Shown: positions 1 to 10,379 of the stretch, piece after piece
Position numbering within the stretch: position 1 is the stretch's first letter
Layout: every line of letters begins with the position of its first letter
Source: Catajapyx aquilonaris
Lineage: Eukaryota
Direction of reading: 5' to 3'
Assembly (NCBI GenBank): GCA_000934665.2
Contig: KZ539110.1
Span: forward strand, 1-41,985
Length of the DNA stretch: 41,985 bases
Notes under the pieces: generated by a model
Databases searched by the model: none
Told to the model about the DNA's origin: nothing
What the model saw: the letters and a program-made list of their open reading frames with translations, nothing else
Translations under genes and position numbers: made by a program

Positions 1-260
1 AAAATCCTGTCTATATTTCAGGCCTTGTTCAACTATTTAGTGACTATCCGCAAGGGTTTTTTTTTGTTTCAAGTACTTTAAAATTTTTTGTAAGAATATA
101 AAAAATTTCAAAAAATTTCAAACTTTAAGCCAAATGTGCAGACTCAAGATGACGTCGTAAAAATTAAATATTTTACAGAATTGTTACTAGGTCTCATACA
201 CAGTCATTGAAGGGTACCCGTTTCCGAAAAAAAAATATTGACTTTTTTCACTCCACCCTA
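1..260. mobile_element. Probable end of a non-autonomous DNA transposon inserted in intron 3 of secreted-protein copy A
   Basis: The paralogous intron in copy B is only 57 nt (2649-2705). In copy A the intron switches about 24 nt after the donor to TAGGGTGGAGTGAAAAAAGTCAATATTTTTTTTTCGGAAAC (minus strand), a TIR-like end, followed by AT-rich sequence. The other end lies outside the window. Confidence 0.35.
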
Positions 261-284
261 CTGGACAGTGTACAAGGCACATAC

Positions 285-1066
285 CTGAATAGAGAATGCA
301 ACATAGCTATGTTGCCGTCCAGTAGTTTTAATTGTTGCAGATTCCTTCAGAGTAAAATTGCGACCATTGACTGGTAAAACTACCATGCCTCTTGATGTGT
401 ATGTTCCATGCTGGTCATGTAACCCAACGGTTATAATTCCTTTCGTGTTCCATTCAAATTCTCCTGGGACAGTAGCATTAATAGTTCCACTGTCACTCAC
501 AGTCATGTTGAGAACAGGAGTTAGGTGACCTTTCCCTTGCTTTTGCAGCAGTAAATTTTGAGCGTGCTGAAGGCTGACCTGACGTTGCTTCCAGAACTGG
601 GCCAGGCAAAGGGCAGTTCCATCAAGTCCATCTCCAGGACTCCTCAGGCAAGAATTCAAACTCTTGGAGACATCTGGAAAAACAACATATGAACCACTCA
701 TAAAATTCACATGAATGACAGGATAACATTTTACAAATTCACCTGTCTTATCGAAGTGCTTGGATGCATGTCGACTACGTACTTTGGCATGAAAAAGCAC
801 ATTGGAATACTTCTGTACGAAGTCACTTTCTGGCACGAAATCTGAACCTGAAACCAAGTCAACCACATACAGGCACATCACATTCCAAAAGAAAATCAGT
901 ATAATTTTCCAAATTAGAGCCCTGATGTGAGCCATAATAGTGCAAGAATTACATTTGGCGACTCTATTTTCTGATGCAATTAATCGCTGCGAAACAAAGT
1001 TACAAACACAACTGCATAGTTACCGTTAGCTGCCACAACAAAAAGCGTCAAGAGGAAGCCCTTCAT
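285..1066 (-). CDS. Secreted protein of unknown family, paralog A (5' part; runs off the window start)
   Basis: Exons 1066-1024 (MKGFLLTLFVVAAN-G, signal peptide-like), 847-743 and 673-285. All have GT-AG borders with compatible phases 1,1,0. Exon structure matches copy B and the protein is very similar (SLNSCLRSPGDGLDGTALCLAQFWK). Confidence 0.85.
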
Positions 1067-1748
1067 GTTACTTTCTGACGGTCTCCGTGTGTCATTTGAG
1101 CTACATATAAACCCTCCTTGCCAGGTGTAAACACAGTTTATCAAACTCATAATCATACAGCTTATCTTGAGGATGTGGTGCCATAATTACTAATTAAATC
1201 CTCCTCGACATCGAACTGTAGCAAGCGAAGATATCCAGCAGTGACCAGGGCCAGTTTACTCTATTCTATCATACACATGTGTTATCACAATATCTCCAAT
1301 CTGAAGCTAATCATGTCAGTGTTGGAAGTGACGCATTATGCCAATTCAATATTTATTTTGCATTGTGTTAGGGAATTGAAGGGTTCTGTGCAAATAACTT
1401 AAGTGAAAATTATTCATTTTGAGAAAAACCCACTTGAACATTTAACTTCGAGAAAATTCGACTAAAATAGGTTACAATAATGTCGCTTAGACCTTGACAA
1501 AATAGAAGGGTACTCTGAAGTAACCAGGTGTATGACTATATTATTAAGTTGTTCGTTTTGAAAAAAAAACAACAACAAAACTTCAAAAATTCTATAAGCC
1601 TCACTTTATATTTCAATCAAAATACTGCATACAAGCAAAACTATATGGCTGCATTGGCACTTATTTTCTTTACGACGCGATGTCTGATGCTAAACCCATG
1701 TTTACCACTACTTTCACCAAGAGCTGCTTTCACTCGCATTATTCAGAC

Positions 1749-3418
1749 TTATTGTTCCACTTCAAGAAGATATTGGCCTTGAAACTGCTCTCTATAAATA
1801 GGTGTCTTTTTGATTTGTTTCAGTTTCAACACAGCACTCTCGTGTAAGGTTTCTTTCAAAACCTGAGGTTTCTGTCGTTGAAGTGTCCAGACTTCAGTGC
1901 CATTTCCATGCCCCTCAAAACTTGGAGAAGCATAGGCAGGAGACACGCTGTAAGTCAAGTTTGCTGATGTAGCAGTTACAAAGCGATGGTCTATGAATGT
2001 AGTATCACTGGAGAAAGTGGAGAACTCCTCTCGAGCAAAATGAAACTTATCCTCTCCGGTCCATCCTAAGCGGTCACCGAACGGCTGACATGTCGCAGTA
2101 TGAGTTCTTAGAGAGTTCGTGACCATAGTTGATACTTCAGAGTCTGATGGATCATCCTGCAGTGTGACCTCTTGCTCAGTGGACTGGGTCATTTGCAACA
2201 CCTGAAATGATATTTGTTTATTGCTATTACTTGTTAATGCAACATACACCATCGGAAGACAACAACAGGCAATTATTTGCAGCAAGATGCAATGTTAACA
2301 CTGCTTCATAGTCGTCGGAAAGGTGGGTGGCACTATTAATGACTAGTGTACCTTATAGCCTGAGCCAACTCCTGTAATGGTGAGGTTCGACACGATGAGG
2401 CCACTTGTTGTTGTAGATATGCCAAGTTCCCCCCTGTTAGCGTAGGTGCCGGAGCCAGAAACTGTGGCTGAAGTGCGGATGGTGGTGCAGCTCCCTTTAG
2501 TCCCTATGACAGTGTCTGTCTGGGTTATCCAATTATCACTCGAATTACTTTGAAAGTTTTTTTGTGAAACTCCGCTGTCTACTTGCACGGAAAACAACCC
2601 TTTCACCCGGTCAATGTCTCGTAAAAGTTTGATGTGGGTTAGATAAACCTGAAAATTAATCCACAGTCAGGAAATGCACCTGCGTAATCCTGGATAACGG
2701 CGTACCTGAATAGAGAATGCAGCATAGCTTTGTTGTCCTCCAGTAGTTTTAATTGTCACACTTTCCTTTAAAGTAAAATTTTGACTGCCAACTGGAAAAA
2801 CTATAATGCCCCTTGATGTGTACGTCCCACGTTGTTCAGCCATTCCAATCGTTATGATTCCTTTCGTACTCCATGCAACTTTGCCTCTGTCAGTGATGTT
2901 TATATTTCCACTGTCACTCAGAGTAATATTGAGTATGGCAGTCGGGTGACCTTTTCCCATCAATAAATTTTGTGCATGCTGAAGGCTGACCTGGCGTCGC
3001 TTCCAGAACTGAGTTAGACAAATGGCAGTTCCATCAAGTCCATCTCCAGGATTCCTCAGGCAAGAATTCAAACTCTCGGCGACATCTGGAAAAAAAAAAA
3101 TGTACCGCCATCAAAATTTGCAGGGACGACAGGAAATCATACAACACTTCACCTGTCTTATCGAAGTGCATGGACGCATGTCGACCACGTACTTTGGTGT
3201 GAAGCAGCAAATTGGAATACTCCTGCACAAAGTCACTTTGCAGCAAGGAATACGATCCTGAAACTAAGTCAAGCACATGCAAGCAGCTTACATTCTATGT
3301 AAAAAAAAAATCATGACGCCAACAAGAAAATTTGCTGATGCGAATCAACAGCTGTGAAGTAAAGTAACTAGTTACCATTAGCCGCCACAACAAGAAACGT
3401 CAAGAGGAAGCCCTTCAT
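1749..3418 (-). CDS. Secreted Ser/Thr-rich protein of unknown family, paralog B (about 425 aa, 5 exons)
   Basis: Exons 3418-3376, 3257-3153, 3085-2706, 2648-2352 and 2201-1749 splice via GT-AG into one 1278-nt ORF. It starts MKGFLLTFLVVAANG and has several N-x-S/T sequons. Confidence 0.85.
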
Positions 3419-4906
3419 GTTTCCAGCGTCTAGACGGTCTCCGTTACAATCCAGCAATATAAACCTTCCTTGGCAGCTGTCAACGAAGTTTATGAGACTC
3501 ATAATGATAAGGCTTATCCTTGGGCTTATCTTAAGGAAATGTTGCACTTTTCCCCGATCACATCCTGTCCGACAGGCAAGGTAAATCCGCATCAATGACC
3601 ATCATACTCTTCTATCATGTATGATACTTGTGTTATCACAACATATCGGTGTCGAAATGAAGTGACCCATCTTCCAATTTCAATATTTGGATTGTGTTGC
3701 GAAAATATTGCCACACCATATGAAACACGGAAAGATAGCACTTTTAATTTCGCAACTCCAATCATCCTAGGTTCAATGACAGTTAAAGTAAATTGCAGCA
3801 AACAGTCGAATTTAAACTAGGCATAACAATATTTTTATTTCATTCACAAAAATAATAGCAAAAAAATCAGCTCTACTTGACATGTACGAGTAACTTACAC
3901 AAATGATATTTAGTTCAATCGATTTTGTCTTCAAAGGCTCCCGAAAGATTTTTTTATGACGCATTGCGTTTAACAGCAATCTCGGACAAATAAGTACAGG
4001 CGGTAATTTACATACTTACCAGTATTCCATTGAAAGTTTTAAGCTACAAAATAAATACTGTTCGACACTTGGAGCTTAAAAAAAGAAAAAAAATATTCCA
4101 AAACCCTACAGAAACCCAATCGCTAAAAATCGGTGAATAAAATAGATTCCACAGATAATTGCAACTGCTCTTAATAATCCACAATTGCAATTATTATACA
4201 ACAATTAAATCTCCTGTTATAACACTCTACAGCATATGGTACAAACAGGAAAAAGAGCACATAAGTGTACTTTTTTGTTCTTTTTAATTTTTTGTTTTTA
4301 CTTTCCCGAAGAAATGGGTTTGAGGGAATACACACTTTTTACTGGTTTAAAAAATATGTCACTCGACATATTCTTTCTTTATGGTTTTACATAATACAGC
4401 TCTGTTGATTACACTGGTCGCCACGAATTAAATTGGGTAGCGGTACCTTCATTTCATTTTTTTTTGTGTCCCCTAATCTGAGAATTACAGTGATTGAAAT
4501 GGCGCTTCGTGAGGAAGGAAGGATGCGGACTGAGGGGGCGTGGGGAAGAGAACCCTACCGTTTTTCTAAGTAGATTTAAAGTGTTGTGTACATTACTTAT
4601 GCAAGGCGACCCTGTGGAAGGCTCATTTAGTTTTTTTTTTTTAAACTGGTTTTTTATATTACACGTTCAACAGTTTCCATGCAACGGCAACTGAAGCCAC
4701 TTATTTTCTTTCTTTCTTTTTCCGTCACCACACATACATTCCCATCAGTTCTACCCAGTGCAAAACAAAATATGGGAGGGTACTTAAATAAAGTTATTTA
4801 TATATATATTTTAAAGGGATGGACACTCTAAACCTGAACAATTTTTTTTTTTTTGTAATTTTCACTGTTTTTTTTTTTTTTCCTTTCTCTTTCGGTGCTC
4901 TCATCA

Positions 4907-7485
4907 TCATTCTGGAAGATAGTGGTCTTCTTTAGCCGCGCTTTCCATCGCTTCCTTCAGCTGCTTCTCGTACATCTTTTTAATGTCGCAGAACCCTTGC
5001 TTTGTCTTTCCAAATGAGTTGGGACCCGCCGATGTTGGAGTGTCCCTAATGGCATGGTGTAGAGATCGCAAAGGTCAGTACGATGGTTAAAGTGGCCATG
5101 TATGGAGCTCCATACAAACTAACAGACTTTCTGATTTGATCATTTTTTCATCTTTGCATTTTTTCTTACATATTTTTCAATAAAATTCCATTATTTTCTG
5201 GTAACAATTGTTTGTCTTACTCGTCAAGTCTAATTTAGCTGCTAGCTGATTGCAAAAACATAGATAGCGGATGAAGTATTTCCTCAGTCTCTTGATGGCA
5301 ACCACAGATTGAATTCAGATCCATTATTATCATTAGACTGACTGTCATATCGAGCTATTTTGTTTGATTACCGAGAAGTTATCCTATCTTAACAATATAA
5401 TAAGTTATATCGATATAACAGCTACTATACGGCTCAAAAAGATAGAGACGATCTTTGAACATATTCGAACTGCGCTCTTGCTGGTTGCTGGCGGTTGCTG
5501 GCGAAACTTATCATAAACAGGGGTTAGGTTAGGCATTCCAATAATTGTTTGCCAAGTGCTAAAGTATTTAAAATAGATTTAAAATACAGTCGACTCCGGA
5601 TATAACAGCCTCGGCTATAACTGACTTTTGGTTATAACAGACTTAAAAGGCTGGTCCCGCCATACTTCCATAAGGTGCTGGGAAAACAAAAGGGGATAGT
5701 GACCCCCTCACCGCACCATCGCCCTAAGACGGCCCGAGCCCGCCGCGTTTGGAGCTGTTGGACGCTGCATGAGGGACACTCGGAGATGGACAACACTGGA
5801 GCTGTTGTGGCCCTGCAGGCACAGTCCGTCACATTGCCCAATAATAATTTTAGTTAGTTGCGAGCATAGCAAGCTGAGCACTTTATCATGTGTTGCATAT
5901 CTGCTGAATAATACTGGCTGTCTTGTGCCACCATAGGCGAACAAATGTTATTGTGGCTTTGCAACCACATTCCAACGTTTGGCCAAGCCACAGTAACGTG
6001 GCACACAGAGACGGGCAATATTGTTGGGCGGATACACAACCCACAGTAAGTGGTCAGCTCGCAACATTCGCACCTAACTAAGATCATTGGGCAATGCGAC
6101 AGACCGTGCCTGGCAGGGTCCTGGCCCAAATGGCTTATAAGGCTTATTGCAATTGCTAATTTTGTATGTGCCCATATACAGTAGACTCTGGATATAACAG
6201 ACTTCACGGAACCGTGGAAATCAGTCTGCTATAGCCGATGTTTGTAATAGCCAAATACATGGGACCTTATAGAAGTATTGTGGGACCAGCCTTTCAAGTC
6301 TGCTATAACCGAGAATTTCTTATAGCCGAGGCTGTTACAGGCAGCAGTACGATGTTCTGAGCGTATGTATGGCCCGCGTGTGGTCCTGGAGAATAAATTC
6401 CATTGCGTCTTCTGCGTTACAAGTTCGAGATAATTTTTTTCCCCAGCATGCCTTATCGTATGTTAGACTTGCACTATCGTCACTCCTTCTGAGCCAGGTC
6501 GAGTTTCTCCAGCAACTACAGGCAACCGCCAGAAAGAGCGGAGTTTGAATAAAGACCGTCTCTATATTTTTTGAGCACGATATTACCTTCCGATGTTGCG
6601 CATCCTCATCCTCGCCTCAGGAGGCATTTCCTCTGGTTCGTCATCCTCGTCTGGGTTGAATATGGCTGCCACTTTTGACGACTTGGGTTTCAGAGCAGTC
6701 GGTGTTGCAGTACTTTTCTGTACATAAAAATCAATGTATTTTAGCTCGTAGCATTACTTTTCATTACAATAATGTAACTGAATATACCTGAGCTCCAAGC
6801 TTGATGGAGATCCCGCTGATCTTCTTCTCAGCCTCGCTGTGCCCATTCCGCGCCAAGGAAGACGGCTTGCTCAACCCGAAGCTGATTTTAGTTTTCTTCG
6901 CCGCCGACTCATCCTGCGTGGAGTCGGCAGACTGAAAGGATCGCTTCTCAGGGCAGGAAGACCATGAGGATTTGCTGCTGCTGCTACTACTACTGCTTGG
7001 AGTCGTGTAGCTCGGTGCACCATAATCGTCGTCCTCAAATGTCGGAGGAGAGTACCGACCGGACAAGGCTGGCGGAGGCGGTGCAGACGGTACGCGGCAT
7101 TCGGCCTGGCTGGTTGTGGATGTCGGAGGTGCCACGTCCCACCTGAAGCGGCGGGAAGTCTGCTCCGGCCGGGAATCAGATGGCGGCCCTGTGGATACAA
7201 CCGATGCCGTTCAACCCATACATATAGTGCCAAACAAATCTGCAATTATGAAGCCTCGCAACAAATATACCCATCCATGTAAAAGTACACTTTAAATATT
7301 TGACAGCACAAAATGGTGCAAACATGACCTGAATATTCCTAAGGTCAATCAGGTGTGACCTTTTGACCTGGGAGCAGGCAGTGCAAGCAGTGGAAATCGC
7401 GAAATGTGATTTCGCAAAATTTTTGGAACTCATTTTAGAACGAACCTTGGACCGATCCGCGGAACGTCTGCTTGTCGGACGCCAT
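4907..7485 (-). CDS. PCNP: PEST proteolytic signal-containing nuclear protein (236 aa, 4 exons)
   Basis: Exons 7485-7446, 7188-6788, 6717-6587 and 5045-4907 splice in frame. They encode the PCNP motifs [15 protein letters not shown] and [49 protein letters not shown]. The ORF ends TGA TGA TGA. Candidate AATAAA at 3839-3834. Confidence 0.93.
5430..6580. mobile_element. Outer MITE-like element with about 80-bp imperfect terminal inverted repeats in PCNP intron 3
   Basis: Left end GCTCAAAAAGATAGAGACGATCTTT...GGTTGCTGGCGAAACT (about 5432-5508) is the imperfect reverse complement of GAGTTTCTCCAGCAAC...CGTCTCTATATTTTTTGAGC (about 6501-6576). Confidence 0.7.
5587..6337. mobile_element. Inner Tc1/mariner-pogo-type MITE nested within the outer element
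   Basis: Starts TA|CAGTCGACTCCGGATATAAC. The arm AACAGCCTCGGCTATAA...AAGGCTGGTCCC...ATAAGGT is inverted at about 6264-6337. A second left end TA|CAGTAGACTCTGGATATAAC occurs at 6179. Confidence 0.7.
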
Positions 7486-7911
7486 CTTTGAAAAAAAAAG
7501 AAGAGGAAGAAGCACAAACGGTATGGTGCCAACAGTCACACGCTACTCACACATTGCTACCAATCTACTAATTAACTCCACAAAAGTAGGTGATCGTATG
7601 TGGAATAATTAATTATGGGTATAATCATGAAGCGATTATTTAACTAATTGGTAAATTAGAAGTGAGGGTCTAATTGCAGCGGCACGATGCGGCCGGAAGG
7701 GAAAGTACAAGGGCTGATTCAAGCTGCCAGATGGCAGTATATGTCCGCACCTAGACAATCCAACGAATTTAATTTTAACAGCCTAATTACATTTTATTAT
7801 GACTAACAAACTACCAGAACAGTCCATTGCACTGTCACTAATCTGTCTGTAGTGTCACCATGCGCACTTCCCGCCCGCTGCAATGTCCGTACCCTGCCAA
7901 ACCGTCCGTTA

Positions 7912-7927
7912 ATGACCACGAGCCTGC
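7912..7927 (+). promoter_or_regulatory. Candidate snRNA-type proximal sequence element (PSE) of the U3 gene
   Basis: ATGACCACGAGCCTGC lies about 60 nt upstream of the U3 5' end, which is the usual PSE position. It loosely resembles the vertebrate TCACC-type PSE. Confidence 0.35.
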
Positions 7928-7971
7928 TCCATGTCGACTAGACCAGGCGGTAATAATGGCTCAAAAACTCT

Positions 7972-8187
7972 AAGATCATACTCTACAGGATCAGTTCTGT
8001 AGTATGATTAACGGAACTCTAGAACCAACTAGAGAGTCTGGCAAACCACGATGAGGAGCAATAGCGCCTTCCCTTGAGCGGGAAACCGGTCTTGGCAGTG
8101 GGGTCGAAAGACCTCGCTCCAGACCATTGAGGACCGCGCCCCTAGGTCGAATGGCCCCGGGGCGGGGGAAGACGCTTTCTGAGTGGT
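7972..8187 (+). ncRNA. U3: U3 small nucleolar RNA (216 nt)
   Basis: The 5' end AAGATCATACTCTACAGGATCAGTTCTGTAGT resembles metazoan U3 boxes A'/A. It is followed by ACCACGATGAGGAG (box C'), GAGCGGGA (box B), CATTGAGGA (box C) and TCTGAGTGGT (box D). The ACCAC/GTGGT terminal stem is present and the length is typical of U3. Confidence 0.92.
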
Positions 8188-9167
8188 TCCCTCCAAAACA
8201 CCAATTGAAAATCCAAAAGCAACAACACTCAACAACCTCAAAAGCAACACTCAACAACCTAAAATCCAAATTCCAAAAGCAACTGCAAGCTAAAATCCAA
8301 AAGCAAAAAAACCCCGAATAGTACACAAAAAGAAGCAAAAAAAACGTGATATTATATGAAATATGATTAATATCTTACGGTGCTCAATATTAACAAAAAA
8401 ATTGCACTGGATCATGCTGAAGTGTGTTTAATTTGTTGCATTTTTAAAAAACTGGACTTTGCATTTGTTATGGAACAATAATTGGCTAATAAATAGTGTA
8501 CATGTATTTGTAAATATATAAATGAGAAAGTTTGCTGGTATGTATATGGCTGAGGCTACCTTTATCCCCGCTTCCTGAGTAACGAGAGTGTTGAAACTTG
8601 ACACACACTGACGGATTACGTGCCGCTGATTCATGAAAAAGTACGATCTTGCAATAATTTTTATAAAAGTGTAAGTCAAGGGGGTAACCACTCCACTGAA
8701 AAGTGTACAGTACCAAAATTCAAGGAGTACCAAAGAGTAAAGTACCTAAGGAGTACCTGGGAGTACCACTTGCAGGTGTACACCGGAGTACCGAAGTGAT
8801 TACCCATTTGGTGTAAGTATCCAAAATTTATTTATTTAAAAAAAATGTCTAGGAGTCGAATCATCGGCAATTGCGGCTATTAATTTATCAATCACCATGC
8901 TGGGTTATTGTAATATTTAATATTCATGCAAACTTGTCAGCCCAAAGTACCTGCACGTACGCTGATTCTACCGCTTGTACTTGTAATAATCACCAGACAC
9001 TCAAAATCCGCGCACATCGCTCAGTGTTGCCAACTCAACGCTGGGAGAGCGTGTTTTAATTGAAGTTAATTGCGAATTTGTGTTCAAGCACAATTTATAA
9101 TTACGTGGAAGTTATATTATCAGCTTGTAATGTTTTTAAAATACAGTAACGTTTGGTTAGCCGACCC

Positions 9168-9255
9168 CCGGAAGTGGGCACCTGGCAACAGTGGTTGAGT
9201 ACGAGGCCGCATCCGCCTGGTCGCCATCTTCGTTTGACACGCCGCTTTCGGTTCT
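9168..9255 (+). promoter_or_regulatory. RPS26 core promoter region (ETS/GABP-like and YY1-like motifs)
   Basis: CCGGAAGTG at about 9168 and CGCCATCTT at 9222-9230. A pyrimidine stretch CCGCTTTC just upstream of the ATG is a possible TCT/TOP start. Confidence 0.45.
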
Positions 9256-9271
9256 ATCAGAAGTGGGAAAA

Positions 9272-9897
9272 ATGGTGAGCTTATTTCTCGTAAAATATTG
9301 GGCCGTAATTACACTTAAGATTTAACAGGACATGCACATAACAGCCCAGGTGTTGAATACAATGTGCAAGGGAGTCAATTGGAGCCTAGAACTGTACAAA
9401 AATACATGGGGCCTAACATTTTGCAAATTTTAGTAATTAAATGAGGTAATTAGTGTGTATGATTTATTCATGGCAGACCTCTAAGCGACGCAACAACGGA
9501 CGCTCCAAGCATGGCCGTGGGCATGTGAAGCCCGTCCGGTGCACCAACTGCGGACGATGCGTCCCAAAGGACAAGGCCATCAAGAAGTTCGTGATCCGCA
9601 ACATGGTGGAGGCCGCAGCTGTCCGTGACGTGTCGGACGCATCGGTGTACCAGTCGTACCAGCTCCCCAAGCTGTACGCCAAGCTGCATTACTGCGTGTC
9701 ATGCGCTATCCATTCCAAGGTGGTGCGCAACCGATCACGGGAGGAGAGGAAAGTCCGTACCCCGCCACCTAGGTACCCAGGCCGCGTGGTACGTACCAGA
9801 CCGTTTGTCACACACAATTGACTGCATCGATGCAACTAATTCACAATCTCATTTGCAGGACATGCGTGGACGCATCGGCCAGCCTGTGCGCAAATAA
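9272..9897 (+). CDS. RPS26: 40S ribosomal protein S26 (eS26), 117 aa, 3 coding exons
   Basis: An ATG-only exon (9272-9274) is followed by GTGAGC. Exon 9477-9788 encodes [38 protein letters not shown]...[10 protein letters not shown]. Exon 9859-9897 encodes [18 protein letters not shown] at 9924. Confidence 0.97.
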
Positions 9898-10379
9898 GCC
9901 AGCTTGTAAAATGAGTCCATTTGAATAAAAATTTGCTCGACTCTTTCATATGTTGTAATCTGTGAAAATTGGTGCACATGTTTCCAGTGTGAAGCGCCAA
10001 CGTACTCATATCGTACATCAATAGCATCGTAATTGGTACTTGCGTAAGGTAAGCTTGGCGAGAAAACTGGTGCCGATTTGTCCTTGTCAATGCTTTCAGT
10101 CGGTCCCGTGACATTGCGCGAGTGCACGTTAATGATCCCCAGAGTGGCCAAATTTCCAGGAGGAGGACCACCCCCCGGTGTCGGTGTTGAGCCTAAGAGG
10201 CAGAAATAGGCCGCTGTTATGATACGTGCATGCTGTGCATTACCACACTTTTCGTCACCCTGAAAACTTGGAAGTCATACCTGTCACTTCGGAATCCGAT
10301 CTCCTCACTTCTGCTCTTCGGAAAGAAACGCTGGAAATTGAAACGCGCAGGTAAATTCATTCAGATTGCGACCGACTTC

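Noticed and set aside
6871..7245. Alternative PCNP exon-2 frame using the acceptor at 7143
   Set aside because: It gives a frame lacking the PCNP motifs. The acceptor at 7189 restores the conserved frame.
7991..8338. ORFs of 115, 73 and 64 aa
   Set aside because: They overlap the U3 gene and its low-complexity flank and show no protein-like features.
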